Shown here: positions 52,068 through 62,637 of the stretch, in pieces
How the letters are laid out: every line of letters starts with the position of its first letter
How positions within the stretch are numbered: position 1 is the first letter of the stretch
Source: Sedimentisphaerales bacterium
GTDB taxonomy: Bacteria; Planctomycetota; Phycisphaerae; Sedimentisphaerales; SM23-30
Assembly: GCA_963663965.2 (NCBI GenBank)
Contig: CAXXFK010000023.1
Location: forward strand, 1 to 64,000
Length of the DNA: 64,000 nucleotides
Direction: 5' to 3'
Made by a program: the position numbers and the translations under genes
The notes under the pieces: generated by a model
The model's database searches: none
What the model was told of the DNA's origin: nothing
The model's input: the letters and a program-made list of their open reading frames with translations, nothing else

Positions 52068-52288
52068 TCCTGAATGCATAACTATTAAAATTTAAAATAG
52101 TTTACACCAAAGGGTCTGCCAGACCCCAAAACGCCTCGATAACAATCATTTCATATTTTTTTATTTTCAAGTGGAATTGCCTTGAACCCCGGCCAATAAT
52201 CGAAAAAGATTAGCTCTTAAGTAAAGAGTCGTGCCGGATGTTCGCATTCTTGGCATACAAAACCTCTATGGTCACAGGGAGATCGAAA

Positions 52289-55200
52289 ATGAAAAACAAC
52301 ATCTCATTGGTTGGGCGTTATTATTTATTATTTGTCTATTATATCCTGTTTTGCGCCGGTATTCTGCCCGCCAAAATGATATACGTCAAAGTTAATGCCA
52401 ACGGCAACAACAATGGCGCCGACTGGACCAACGCCTACAACCACCTTCAGGATGCCCTGCAAAATGCCCAGCTGGGCGATGCCATATTAATCGCCCAGGG
52501 CTATTATTACCCCAACACGAACACTCAGTACCCCAATGGGACCAAAGACCGCACCCTGTCATTCACCCTGAAAAACGGCGTAACACTCGCAGGTGGCTTC
52601 GCGGGCGACCCCAAAAAACCTCTCTCCCGAAATCCGTCCTTATACAAAACCTATCTCAGCGGCGATATTGGTATCCTTGGCAACACGGCCGATAACAGCT
52701 ACCACGTCCTTTACGCCAACGCCGTAACCAATGCCACAGTCGATGGTGTTTATATCATCTACGGCAACGCCAATGCGAGCTCAGGCTCCAACGCATCCGG
52801 CGGAGGACTCTATCTCTACAACTGTTCGCCCGAAATCAATAATTGCCAGTTCAAATTTAACGAAGCGCATACCGGCGGGGCAATCTATGGCGCGATCGTT
52901 TCTCCCAACATCACCGAATGCCGTTTCGAAGAAAATTCCTCCTCTCAAAAAGGTGGCGCTATTTATGTCGCCGCCGCTTCCAGCCCAACTCTGGAAGGCT
53001 GCACCTTCTATAATAACATAAGCAATTACGGCGGCGCATTATACAGTTATAACGGCATGCCCGACCTTATCAACTGCGTTTTCGACCAGAACATGTGTTA
53101 TTTTGGCGGCGGTGCGCTCTATTACGAAATGAGCAACGGCGCCATCCTTCAGTCAATTTTTTGCAATAATGTCGCGATCCCCTGGGAATCCCCTCCGCCC
53201 GGCGGTGCGCTCTACTGCCGGGATAGCAATCCCCAGATCATTAACAGCGTCTTCTGGAATAATTTCAGTATGATTACCGGTGGCATCTATGGCAATTCCG
53301 CCCCAGCCATCACCAATACCATTCTCTGGAATAACGGCAGCTCCAATCTCTATGACCAGATCGATTGTACTTCCGCCTCGGTCAATTACTGTTGTATAGA
53401 AGGCTGGGATGGCTCCCTCGGCGGAACGGGCAACATTGCCGCCGATCCCCTCTTTGCCGATCCCGTTAACCTCAATTTCAACCTGGCTGCCGGCTCTGGC
53501 GGTATCGACGCCGGCCAGAACGCCGCCCTCGGCGACCTCCTCATGAACGACTTCTATGGCAATCCCCGCTATGGTAACGATCCCGCCACTCCCGACACCG
53601 GTAGCGGCGCTGCCCCGATTATCGATATCGGCGTCGCCGAAATCCCCTCACCCTCCGTTATCTTTGTCCGCACCGACGCGCCCGGCCCCGATCACGACGG
53701 ATCCAGTTGGAGCAAGGCCTATTTATACCTGCAAGATGCCTTGGAAGTTGCCGTTGCCGGTCAGCAGATCTGGATCGCCAAAGGCGCCTATAAACCCGAC
53801 CAGAGCAAAGACCACCCCTCCGGCACCGGCAACCGCGACGCCACCTTCGATATCAACGATGGCATTGCCCTCTATGGGGGGTTCGCGGGCAACGAAGATC
53901 CCGAAACGTATGACCTGGCCCAACGCCAGTTGCAACTCAATGAATCGATCCTGAGCGGCAATATTGGCTCCACCGGCACATCAACCGACAACTCCTATTC
54001 CATCGCCACCCTGGAAGGCGTCGGCGGTTCTGTCGTAATCAACGGATGCCTTTTTCAGGAGGCCTGGGCTGATGGCACTGAATCGAAACAGAAAATGGGA
54101 GGTGCACTCTACTGTGATGGGGTCGCTCCCATCATGTCCCAGTGTATTGTCCGTAATTGCCATTCCATATGGCATGGCGCCGGCATTTATACCAATAACT
54201 GCGATCCTGTTATCCTAGATTGTATCTTCAGATTCAACACGATCGATACCAACTATGGCGGAGCCGGTTTATTTTGCGGCAATGGAACATTAAAATTAGA
54301 ACAATGTCTTTTTCAACGTAATCAGGCAAAAAATGGCGGAGCCTTGCATGTACTTCAATCGGAGGTTTTCATTACCGAATCCGAATTCTTTTATAACCAG
54401 GGCTCTTATGGCGGCGGGGCCCATTTTTACGGTTGCCCGTCAGTCACGCTTGACCGTTGCGTTTTCTCAGGCAATCAAGGATTCAGCGGCGGGGCTCTAT
54501 CCGCTCAATGGGATTCATTTGCTATGTACAATTGTTTGTTTTATAACAATACCGCCGACCTGGGCGGCGCGGTCTATATCTGGGAAACCAGCTCTGCCCG
54601 GGCCGCCAATTGCACCCTGGTTGATAATACCGCCAACCAGGGCGGCGGCCTCTTCGCGGTGAATAATACGGTCGATGTCAGCAATACAATCTTGTGGAAT
54701 AACCAGGCTCGGATGCCGGAAGTCCAGGATAACCAGTTAAAAGGAGGCGGATCATACCATTACAATATCAATTACTGTTGCGTACAAGGCTGGTCCGGCA
54801 GCCTCGGCGGCGCCGGCAACACCGGTAACGACCCCCGCTTCTACGATTCGGATGTCCAGGATTATCATTTGCGCCCCGGTTCACCCTGTATCGACGCCGG
54901 CGATAACGACACCCTCCCCGATTTTGCCACCCTCGATCTGGACGGCCGCAACCGCTTCTATAACGACCCGTTCTCGCCCAATACCGGCCACGGCATTTCT
55001 CCCCTCGTCGATATGGGCGCTTATGAATATCGTTTGCACTATCGGGTCAGGCCCCCTCTCCCCACGCCCAATCCCAACCCGCAACTCAACGACGATGTCA
55101 CCGAATTTACCAATCTACAGGACGCGCTCACCGCTGCACAAACTGGCGATGCTATCTGGGTTTCCGCCGGAACCTATACGCCCGATCAGGGCGGTCTATA

Positions 55201-56614
55201 CGCCGCTGGCGATCAGAACGCCACCTTCCGCCTCAACAAAGGCGTCCGGCTCTATGGTGGATTCCCCGTTGATAATGACGCCTGGGAATCCCGCAACCCA
55301 ACTCTCCACGAAACCATTCTCAGCGGCGACCTGGCCGGCGATGACGGCCCCAATTTCACCAACTACACCGACAACTGCCTCCACGTCCTCGATGGCTCCG
55401 GTACCGACCAGACCACCATCCTCAACGGCTTCACCATCTCCGGCGGCAACGCCGGCCCCAACTACCATCCCGCCAATAAAGGTGGAGGCATCATTATCTT
55501 CCCCGGCAGCCCCACCATCAAACTATGCCACTTCACCGCCAACTCAGCCGCCGGCCATCGCGGTGGCGCCATCTTCAATAAAAGCGACAGCAACCCCTGG
55601 ATTACCCAATGCCGCTTCACCGCCAACCGGGCCGGCGAAGGCGGCGCCATCTGCAACGAAGGCGATTGCAGCCCGCTCATCGAAAACTGCGAATTCACCG
55701 GCAATGCCGCCGTCGCGACTGCCTATGGCTACGGCTCCGGCGGCGCCATCCACAACCGCGCCAATAGCAATCCCATTATTCGCCGGTGCCGCTTTATCGA
55801 TAACACCTCCAATGACGATGCCGGCGGAATCATGAATTACAGCGATTGCCACCCAACCATCGAACAATGCCTCTTTAGCGGCAACGCCTCCAACGACAAG
55901 GCCGGTGCTGTATACGATCGCACGTATTGTGCCTCCACCCTTAAAAACTGCACCTTCTATAACAATCAGGCCGCCTACGGCGGCGCCCTCTATGCCTGGG
56001 AATACTGCACCGGCTTCGTCCTGAATTCCATCTTCTTTAAAAACGCCGCCACCTACGGCCCCGAACTGGCCTCCCATAACCGCAGCAATGTCAGGATCGA
56101 TTATTGTTGCATCGATCCCGAAGCCACCCTCATCGATGGCAATTCCCAGATCCAATGGGGCGTTGGCAATATCAGCGAAGATCCCCGCTTTGTCAACGCC
56201 GCGGCCGGCGACTTCCACCTCCTCAGCAAAGGCTGGTACCTGAAAAACGACTCCTGGGCCTGGTCCGGCTCTACCAGCCGTTGTATCGACGCCGGCTGCC
56301 CCGGCTCGCCCTTGCAGAATGAACTCGCCACTGTTCCGTCCGATCCCTCCAATACCTACGGCATCAATCTCCGGATCAACATGGGCATTTACGGCGGCAC
56401 CGACCAGGCCTCTATGCCCCCCCATCACTGGGCGCTCCTGTCCGATTACGACAACGACGGCATCGCCGCCCTCACCGATTTCAACCTGCTCTCCAACACC
56501 TGGCTCTCCACTGACAGTTATCTACCCGGTGATACCAACCGCAACGCCGCTACCGATCCGCCCGATATGCAACTGCTGGTCGAGGACTGGCTGGCAACCA
56601 CCACCTGGCATTGA
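52289..56614 (+). CDS. Large secreted parallel beta-helix protein (3 modules) with dockerin-like tail
   Basis: Many GGA(I/L)Y..C.F..N repeats; three LQDAL...LSG modules each closed by a DP.F...IDAG segment; C-terminal D.D.DG...DF..L...WL pair. Confidence 0.85.
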   Translation: MKNNISLVGRYYLLFVYYILFCAGILPAKMIYVKVNANGNNNGADWTNAYNHLQDALQNAQLGDAILIAQGYYYPNTNTQYPNGTKDRTLSFTLKNGVTLAGGFAGDPKKPLSRNPSLYKTYLSGDIGILGNTADNSYHVLYANAVTNATVDGVYIIYGNANASSGSNASGGGLYLYNCSPEINNCQFKFNEAHTGGAIYGAIVSPNITECRFEENSSSQKGGAIYVAAASSPTLEGCTFYNNISNYGGALYSYNGMPDLINCVFDQNMCYFGGGALYYEMSNGAILQSIFCNNVAIPWESPPPGGALYCRDSNPQIINSVFWNNFSMITGGIYGNSAPAITNTILWNNGSSNLYDQIDCTSASVNYCCIEGWDGSLGGTGNIAADPLFADPVNLNFNLAAGSGGIDAGQNAALGDLLMNDFYGNPRYGNDPATPDTGSGAAPIIDIGVAEIPSPSVIFVRTDAPGPDHDGSSWSKAYLYLQDALEVAVAGQQIWIAKGAYKPDQSKDHPSGTGNRDATFDINDGIALYGGFAGNEDPETYDLAQRQLQLNESILSGNIGSTGTSTDNSYSIATLEGVGGSVVINGCLFQEAWADGTESKQKMGGALYCDGVAPIMSQCIVRNCHSIWHGAGIYTNNCDPVILDCIFRFNTIDTNYGGAGLFCGNGTLKLEQCLFQRNQAKNGGALHVLQSEVFITESEFFYNQGSYGGGAHFYGCPSVTLDRCVFSGNQGFSGGALSAQWDSFAMYNCLFYNNTADLGGAVYIWETSSARAANCTLVDNTANQGGGLFAVNNTVDVSNTILWNNQARMPEVQDNQLKGGGSYHYNINYCCVQGWSGSLGGAGNTGNDPRFYDSDVQDYHLRPGSPCIDAGDNDTLPDFATLDLDGRNRFYNDPFSPNTGHGISPLVDMGAYEYRLHYRVRPPLPTPNPNPQLNDDVTEFTNLQDALTAAQTGDAIWVSAGTYTPDQGGLYAAGDQNATFRLNKGVRLYGGFPVDNDAWESRNPTLHETILSGDLAGDDGPNFTNYTDNCLHVLDGSGTDQTTILNGFTISGGNAGPNYHPANKGGGIIIFPGSPTIKLCHFTANSAAGHRGGAIFNKSDSNPWITQCRFTANRAGEGGAICNEGDCSPLIENCEFTGNAAVATAYGYGSGGAIHNRANSNPIIRRCRFIDNTSNDDAGGIMNYSDCHPTIEQCLFSGNASNDKAGAVYDRTYCASTLKNCTFYNNQAAYGGALYAWEYCTGFVLNSIFFKNAATYGPELASHNRSNVRIDYCCIDPEATLIDGNSQIQWGVGNISEDPRFVNAAAGDFHLLSKGWYLKNDSWAWSGSTSRCIDAGCPGSPLQNELATVPSDPSNTYGINLRINMGIYGGTDQASMPPHHWALLSDYDNDGIAALTDFNLLSNTWLSTDSYLPGDTNRNAATDPPDMQLLVEDWLATTTWH

Positions 56615-56776
56615 TATCGCGCCTTTAACAGTAGAGGCCGCTTGCCGCCCTGAATGAGTTTTTAGAGGCGACCCATAGACAGTTCGCCGCTAAGACACAA
56701 AACTCCCTTTGTCTGCTATTAAGATGATTTGACTTGTATTGACCGCCGGCTTTTGTTAAAATCCAATAAGTCATTT

Positions 56777-56971
56777 TTGGTAGCTGTTCTTTCTAAAATT
56801 GAAAAAGAATGACAGCGCGCAAATCGGGATATTGATACCATTGGCGATTGAGTTCTGCCATTAACGATTGATAATGCCCGCCAGGCCGCCGGCAAACCAC
56901 TGGGTATCGAATTCGCCAACACCGCCCTCGACACCTGGGCCCAGGTTGACAATGTCCTGTTAACAAAGTAG
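56777..56971 (+). pseudogene. Possible decayed gene fragment
   Basis: One frame reads ...AAGKPLGIEFANTALDTWAQVDNVLLTK* (beta-sandwich-like C-terminus) with two in-frame TGA codons upstream and no start. Confidence 0.3.
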
Positions 56972-56997
56972 CCACCAATAACCTCCTCCAACCCGTC

Positions 56998-57025
56998 GTA
57001 GAAACGCGACCCCTCGCGTCTCTAC
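56998..57025. repeat. GTAG-type REP-like palindrome
   Basis: GTAGAAACGCGA-CCCC-TCGCGTCTCTAC. Confidence 0.65.
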
Positions 57026-57091
57026 TTTTTTTTCAGAGCCGGTAATCGTTATCCCGCCTGATATCGAACCACACGCAACGAATTCCCCCCA

Positions 57092-57526
57092 TCAAGCCCG
57101 AACCGCGTTTTTGATCTCCACCGGAACCAGCCTTTGCAAAAAAACAAACCAGATCAAAACCGAAGCGATCACGGGTAATAATAACACCAAATAGCTCGCC
57201 GAAAAATTGCCGGCGACACAGAAAAATCCAACCACCCACCAGAACACCATCCAGCCGATCGCCCGGCGAACGCTAATGATCACTTCTATGCCTGAATTCT
57301 CGTTTACTGCCAGGGTCATTGCCGAAACAAACTGAAACGGATTGATGCCAAACCAGTTATTACCCGACCACCCCCGGAAATCGAGACTGAAAACACAAAA
57401 CGGCGTCGCCGTTGACTTCAGCGTGTAGCCTTCCACGATAGAGTTTACCGATCGACTATCCAGCAGCGACCGAAGCCTCACCACCGTTTCATCTCGATTC
57501 AATTCTGACTGAACAAGCAGATTCAT
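57092..57526 (-). CDS. Hypothetical membrane protein
   Basis: Two C-terminal hydrophobic helices; start taken at ATG 57526. Confidence 0.6.
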   Translation of the reverse strand: MNLLVQSELNRDETVVRLRSLLDSRSVNSIVEGYTLKSTATPFCVFSLDFRGWSGNNWFGINPFQFVSAMTLAVNENSGIEVIISVRRAIGWMVFWWVVGFFCVAGNFSASYLVLLLPVIASVLIWFVFLQRLVPVEIKNAVRA

Positions 57527-57731
57527 ACCATTCCCTGCTGTTATAGGATTACACAATGCGCCAGCGATATAGTTATCATATTGATGTCGTCCAGGCAACC
57601 ATTGGGGCCGATGAATAATCTGTCTGTTTCTCTGGACTTGCCCGGAATGATTTTTCAATCAAACCAAAATGCGACAGGCTCGCAAGCATCTGAAACGGCA
57701 GGTTATGCCGGGCGGCCCAAGGATTGTCTTC

Positions 57732-59576
57732 CTATATGATTTTTTCGATGATAATGGTCTGGCCATCGGTAAAGTGTGCGGTTTTAGCATCCTGCGGCGA
57801 GAGGCGTATGACTTCTGAGTCCGGTTCGATTTCGGCGGATGCTTTTATGTGGACAGATCGGAGGCCGCCGTATATCCAGTTGGTATGGCTGGCATAGAGC
57901 AAATCGCCCGGTTCCGCCGCCATCGTATCCAGAGCCGGCCGGGGAACAACCGCGACGTTTTCTTCCGTAATTTCAGGATCGATTCTGACCGTCAGCCGGG
58001 CCTTTTTGCCAGGTGTACGGTTCGGCTCTGACCCCTTGAAGATTTTCATGGCATCCAGTTGCGTACCGGCGATCAGACCTCTAATTTCCTCAATGGGTTT
58101 GGGCTTGGTAAAGAAGGTAACAACCACCCCCAGCGTCCCGGATGCAATAATGCCAAACAGGGCGCGCATGAATTTGTAACTGTCCGGCCCCATGCCAAAA
58201 TCCAGCGGCCCTACCAGCGCGTCCGGCCAGACAAACGAGCACGCGATCAAAATCGCACCCCCGACGATCGTGGCGAAAGCCGCCGCGGGAGTGTAGCGCT
58301 TCCAGGTTATGGCAAAGACAATCGCCATCAATACCGGCGGGGTAATCGCCGCGGTAAACTTGCCATGGGCGCCATAGATGGTATCTTTCATAAAGATGGG
58401 CACCAGGGCCAGGCCCGCCGCCGCCGCCACCAGACTGGTAATTCGGGCCACCAGAAGATAGTGCCGGTCGGAGCTTTGCGGCTTGACATACGGTTTCCAC
58501 ACATCATTCACGAAGATCGCACTGACCGCGTTGATCAGAGAATCGGCCGTACTCATCAGGGCCGCCGTCAGAGCGGCCAGCACAAATCCAAAGATGCCCG
58601 GCGAGCAGAGGAAATACGCCGCCTTGACAAAGGCATCCGGCGCCTCGGTCTGGAGTTCGCCGTTATTGACCAGCGCCTTGGCAATCCACCCGCCGCAACT
58701 CGTTGCAATCGCCGCCAGCGGTGAGAGTATCAATATCCAGCATACCACCATGCGGCGCGAATCTTTGACGCTTTTCAGCGACAGAAATCGCATGATAAAT
58801 CCCTGGTGCATCAGCATGAGCGCGCCGGTATTGGCCAGCCCATCCTGGACGTATATCCCGATAAAACTGAATTTGGGCGGATCGTTGAAGTCAGAAAAGG
58901 CGTACTTGTGCGATTCGGGCAGCAGGGACCAGAAATCGTAGAAACCGCCAAAATGGACAATAGCGGCGACAAAGATACCCAGCCCCGCAACCAGCAGGAT
59001 AATCCCCTGGACCAGGTCTGTCATGATAACCGCCGTCTGACCACCGGCATAAACGTAGAGCGCGACGGCCACGGCGGTAATTGTGGCCCCCGTCATGATA
59101 TTCCACCCCAGCAGGGTATGCAGGGTTTTGCCCAGTGTGATCAGGTTGATACCGATGTATCCAACGATATAGATCAGGATAATAATGGTGGCGGCCAGAC
59201 GGGTAGATTTATTGAAGCGTTTTTCCAGATATTCCGGAATGGACTGGATTTTCATATAGTACACAATGGGTATCCAGATCAAAACCAGAATAGGCATCCA
59301 GAACCAGTCGTTCAGGTAGGACTGGGTGCTTGAAATCCCGTAGGAGAATCCCGCCGCGCTGTATTTGATAAAACTGTAACTGCCGACCACCGTGGCGATG
59401 CATGAAAAGGCGATGAGCCACCACGAAAAGCGCTGGCCCCCGAAGAAAAAGTCCTTGGTCGTGGCGGTATAGCGGCCGAAATACAAACCAAAACCCAGGA
59501 CCGCGACGAAATAAAATATCATCACTGCGTAATCGAGCCCCGAACCCATGGCCTGTGGCGTTGCCTCTGCGATCAT
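57732..59576 (-). CDS. Sodium:solute symporter family protein with C-terminal soluble extension
   Basis: DFFFGG, SIPEYLEKRF, YVYAGG.TAVIMTD..QG, AALMSTADS motifs. Confidence 0.92.
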   Translation of the reverse strand: MIAEATPQAMGSGLDYAVMIFYFVAVLGFGLYFGRYTATTKDFFFGGQRFSWWLIAFSCIATVVGSYSFIKYSAAGFSYGISSTQSYLNDWFWMPILVLIWIPIVYYMKIQSIPEYLEKRFNKSTRLAATIIILIYIVGYIGINLITLGKTLHTLLGWNIMTGATITAVAVALYVYAGGQTAVIMTDLVQGIILLVAGLGIFVAAIVHFGGFYDFWSLLPESHKYAFSDFNDPPKFSFIGIYVQDGLANTGALMLMHQGFIMRFLSLKSVKDSRRMVVCWILILSPLAAIATSCGGWIAKALVNNGELQTEAPDAFVKAAYFLCSPGIFGFVLAALTAALMSTADSLINAVSAIFVNDVWKPYVKPQSSDRHYLLVARITSLVAAAAGLALVPIFMKDTIYGAHGKFTAAITPPVLMAIVFAITWKRYTPAAAFATIVGGAILIACSFVWPDALVGPLDFGMGPDSYKFMRALFGIIASGTLGVVVTFFTKPKPIEEIRGLIAGTQLDAMKIFKGSEPNRTPGKKARLTVRIDPEITEENVAVVPRPALDTMAAEPGDLLYASHTNWIYGGLRSVHIKASAEIEPDSEVIRLSPQDAKTAHFTDGQTIIIEKII

Positions 59577-59797
59577 GCGTCACCTCCCGACGCCCAGAAC
59601 GGGGCCCAGAACGTAAAAATGCTGACCAGCGCAAGCATGAAGACAAAGCCGGCCACCAGGATAACCAGCAAACGCCGGTCTTCGGGGATTTTTAGGTCGA
59701 GGTAATTTCCCTTAAGGCCGCCCGCGATACCAATAATGCACAGGATCGCTCCGATACCGAATTGGCATATAATCGGCCACACTCTCAGCATGTTCAT
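59573..59797 (-). CDS. Small two-TM protein coupled to the SSS gene
   Basis: 74 aa, two hydrophobic helices, AAGGAG RBS, ATGA overlap with the symporter. Confidence 0.75.
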   Translation of the reverse strand: MNMLRVWPIICQFGIGAILCIIGIAGGLKGNYLDLKIPEDRRLLVILVAGFVFMLALVSIFTFWAPFWASGGDA

Positions 59798-59943
59798 GGC
59801 AACTCCTTGATGGTTGACAGGATGGTCGTTAATCCATTGACTATATTCACGGTTGTTCTAATGTAGCCTGGAGAAAAACGCTCTCGTCTCGTTGCGCGCG
59901 GAGTGCCCGCTCGCAAGCCCTGAATGAATTTTAACGGGCCCCC

Positions 59944-60768
59944 TTATTGTAGCAGCTGCTCTCGCAGCCATTCAGGACGGTTCGTCGTAATGCCGGCCAC
60001 TCCAAGATCGACGAGTCGTTTCGCCTCCTGGGGGTCGTCCACCGTCCAGACATAAAGTTTCTGGCCGGCGGCCTTTACCGCATCCATAAATTCCTGATTG
60101 ACGCCCGCGTAGTGCAGATCGAGCCCATCCAGTCCGTTTTCGACGGCAACATCGATCAGGGATGGGTCATGGGGGAGGTATTGCTTGGTAACCTCATCTT
60201 TGTCGGTTCCCTTGAGCCAGTACACCGGGATCCGGGGCAGCTGTTTTTTCGCCGCCGCGGCCGTTTCCAGGCCGAAAGAGATGATAACAATCTGTTTGGA
60301 TTTGCCGCTTTTTTCTATCATCGGTACCAGAACCGGCAGAATTTCCGGCCCGCACTTGATTTCCACGTAGAGCTTTTTGCCCCGGGGGATCCTCTCGATA
60401 ATATCTGCCAGAAAGGGTATCGGCTCGCCCTGGTATGCTTCGGACTTGAATGAACCGACATCGACCTTCCTGAGTTCGTCGGATGTGGTATCCGCGATTT
60501 TCAAATCGACGTTTCCGGTTCTCTTGGTGCTGGAATCATGCATGACCATGATCCGGTTATCCCTGGACAGGTAAACATCGACCTCGACATCGGCATTCTT
60601 TTCCCAGCCGAGCATCACCGATGCCATGGTATTCTCCGGGGCGATATAAGACGCCCCCCGGTGGGCGATAATTTCAACTTTTTCTTCGGCTTTCATAGGC
60701 CGCCCGGCGCAGCCGGCGGTGATCATCATAACAAATCCAATCAAAACAGTTACAGCAACGTATTTCAT
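59944..60768 (-). CDS. Glycerophosphodiester phosphodiesterase (lipoprotein)
   Basis: IIAHRGAS..APENT, EVDV, MHD, VEIK, WTVD, GITTN; lipobox TAGC. Confidence 0.92.
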   Translation of the reverse strand: MKYVAVTVLIGFVMMITAGCAGRPMKAEEKVEIIAHRGASYIAPENTMASVMLGWEKNADVEVDVYLSRDNRIMVMHDSSTKRTGNVDLKIADTTSDELRKVDVGSFKSEAYQGEPIPFLADIIERIPRGKKLYVEIKCGPEILPVLVPMIEKSGKSKQIVIISFGLETAAAAKKQLPRIPVYWLKGTDKDEVTKQYLPHDPSLIDVAVENGLDGLDLHYAGVNQEFMDAVKAAGQKLYVWTVDDPQEAKRLVDLGVAGITTNRPEWLREQLLQ

Positions 60769-61277
60769 TTTTTGCTCCCTTAACTATTTTTTCTATTTTC
60801 TGACAATACAACGCCACAGCATACCGCCTTATTTCCATATAAGCAATATCTAATTGTTATCTAACACTCGCAACCCAAGACACCATTTCCCCGGCAACAC
60901 CAGCGCCGACACCCCACCGCTCCCCAGAACCCCTGCCGACGCCGACATCCCCATAAATCACAGCAAACAAAATCCGGCCGGCCAACCCCAATACAACCAT
61001 AAGTCGCTATATATCAACCACTTACTACCCATATGGCCCTCTTTCTCCCGCTTGGACCGATAGCCCCATTCTCTAACTCAGACCGCCGCCAACAAATTCG
61101 TTGCCAACAAATCTGTTGCAACCCGCCGCGCAATTCGGCCAGATAACCACCAAACGCCCCATCCCACATCACAAAACCATCACTAACAGCTTCGATTATC
61201 TATCCCCTATCGATCCCGTATTGCTCATGAAGAACACCAGCGGCTTGGCCGTCAGGAGAATCGGCTTGTTTGGTTCT

Positions 61278-61760
61278 TCAATGTATCCATTGTCGCCTGA
61301 CTTCAACAACGTTGTCATTTTCGTCCATTAATAGATCAAATTGCCAACCAAAACGACCACAATCAAATCTGAAAACAATTGCTTTTTCATTTTCATTTAG
61401 CGGCCAGAAAGGAAAATTATAAGATCCCTTTCTATGATTTGGGTCATGCTTAAGCAATAGTAGAACTTCTTCTGTCTTTAAACCAATAAGGTTCTTCTTT
61501 TCCGCCTCCATAACTCTAGCTGCTGCGTTTATTGCCGATACGGGCGAAACGAAATAAGTCACATCCCCGGTATCATCTACCGTTTGCATTTCGACCAGTT
61601 TCCACATCTTCGCCTTATCTGTATCCAAATCGGTAGAAGCAACAACTTGAGAATCTGGCTCTTCATCATCTATACTGTTTTTCGCATCCTCGGATGAATT
61701 ACAGGAAGACAAGAAAAGGCTAGCCATTAACAAGAGTGGTATGATTCGGTAAATTTTCAT
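61278..61760 (-). CDS. Hypothetical lipoprotein
   Basis: GGAGA RBS, lipobox LSSC; lower GC than flanks. Confidence 0.7.
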   Translation of the reverse strand: MKIYRIIPLLLMASLFLSSCNSSEDAKNSIDDEEPDSQVVASTDLDTDKAKMWKLVEMQTVDDTGDVTYFVSPVSAINAAARVMEAEKKNLIGLKTEEVLLLLKHDPNHRKGSYNFPFWPLNENEKAIVFRFDCGRFGWQFDLLMDENDNVVEVRRQWIH

Positions 61761-61875
61761 ATCTTCTCCATTTAGTTCATCGCTGCCGTTAGGCGGCCGC
61801 TGCAAAGCGTTAATATGTATTTAGTCGTTTTCTGTGTTTTCATACACAATTAATTTCAAACAGGCCAATCAGTAC

Positions 61876-62484
61876 TCATCGATCACACCACAAAATCAAC
61901 CGCACATCATCTGGCGCGCCAAATCCTCTCAGTTCCTGAATGATATTCGAGAGGTGCGTTTCTCCAAAAGCTTTGCGATATGTTTCCGTCCAAGTAACGA
62001 TACAACCATTACGCATCATCTCGGAATAGCTAAGGATCCCCTCAGGTAGCCCATGTTGATTCGGATTGAATTTCACCGCATCTTCTTTTGAAACCATTGC
62101 TTCTCGAACAATTAAGTTCTTATCCCATTCAAAGTCAAGAATCTCTTGCAGCGTTACCCAGCTGGAATGCGCCACATCTTGGCCTATTGAATAATAATCT
62201 GCGGCAACTTCGGCACAGGCATCCTCTGGAAAACCGCGCTCCGGCACAATGGGCGAGATGGGGTCTTTGGACCAGGCATAACGCTCATTTATCAGTATGG
62301 CCGCATAAATTTTTGAATCACCGATTTCTATCGGCCGCGGAATCATGGCTGGATAGGGACAGGGCTTCTCATCCGGATATGGCTCATCTGAACAATAGCA
62401 ATCCGGATTAGGCACCATTTCCGTAGCACGTTGCCATATCTTATCGATCCGGATTTCAGGGTAAGCCCAAACCGAAATAGACAT
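61876..62484 (-). CDS. Hypothetical protein
   Basis: AAGGAG RBS; 202-aa ORF with protein-like motifs (ERGFPEDA, HSSWVTLQEILDFEW, DDVRLILW). Confidence 0.7.
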   Translation of the reverse strand: MSISVWAYPEIRIDKIWQRATEMVPNPDCYCSDEPYPDEKPCPYPAMIPRPIEIGDSKIYAAILINERYAWSKDPISPIVPERGFPEDACAEVAADYYSIGQDVAHSSWVTLQEILDFEWDKNLIVREAMVSKEDAVKFNPNQHGLPEGILSYSEMMRNGCIVTWTETYRKAFGETHLSNIIQELRGFGAPDDVRLILWCDR

Positions 62485-62637
62485 TTAAAGACTCCTTATA
62501 TCTCGAATCTATATAAAACACAGTATATATTATTTTGTTGACAACTCCTGAAATCAAAATAAATCTTTAAGATCAAGTCGCCGAATTTCATATCAAAATT
62601 GAAACCGCCCTAAAGATATATAATCACAAATATTATG

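Noticed and set aside
60849..60867. Pho box upstream of GDPD (TCTAAT/TCTAAC at 11-bp spacing)
   Set aside because: Only two weak units, in the opposite orientation to the pst and phoB boxes relative to the gene.
61180..61277. attC-like site downstream of the orphan lipoprotein (minus strand AAC...GATTCTC...GATAATC...GTTAGTG)
   Set aside because: Outer boxes match only partly, the central region pairs poorly, the next intergenic gap has no equivalent and no integron integrase is in view. IntegronFinder on the full contig would settle it.
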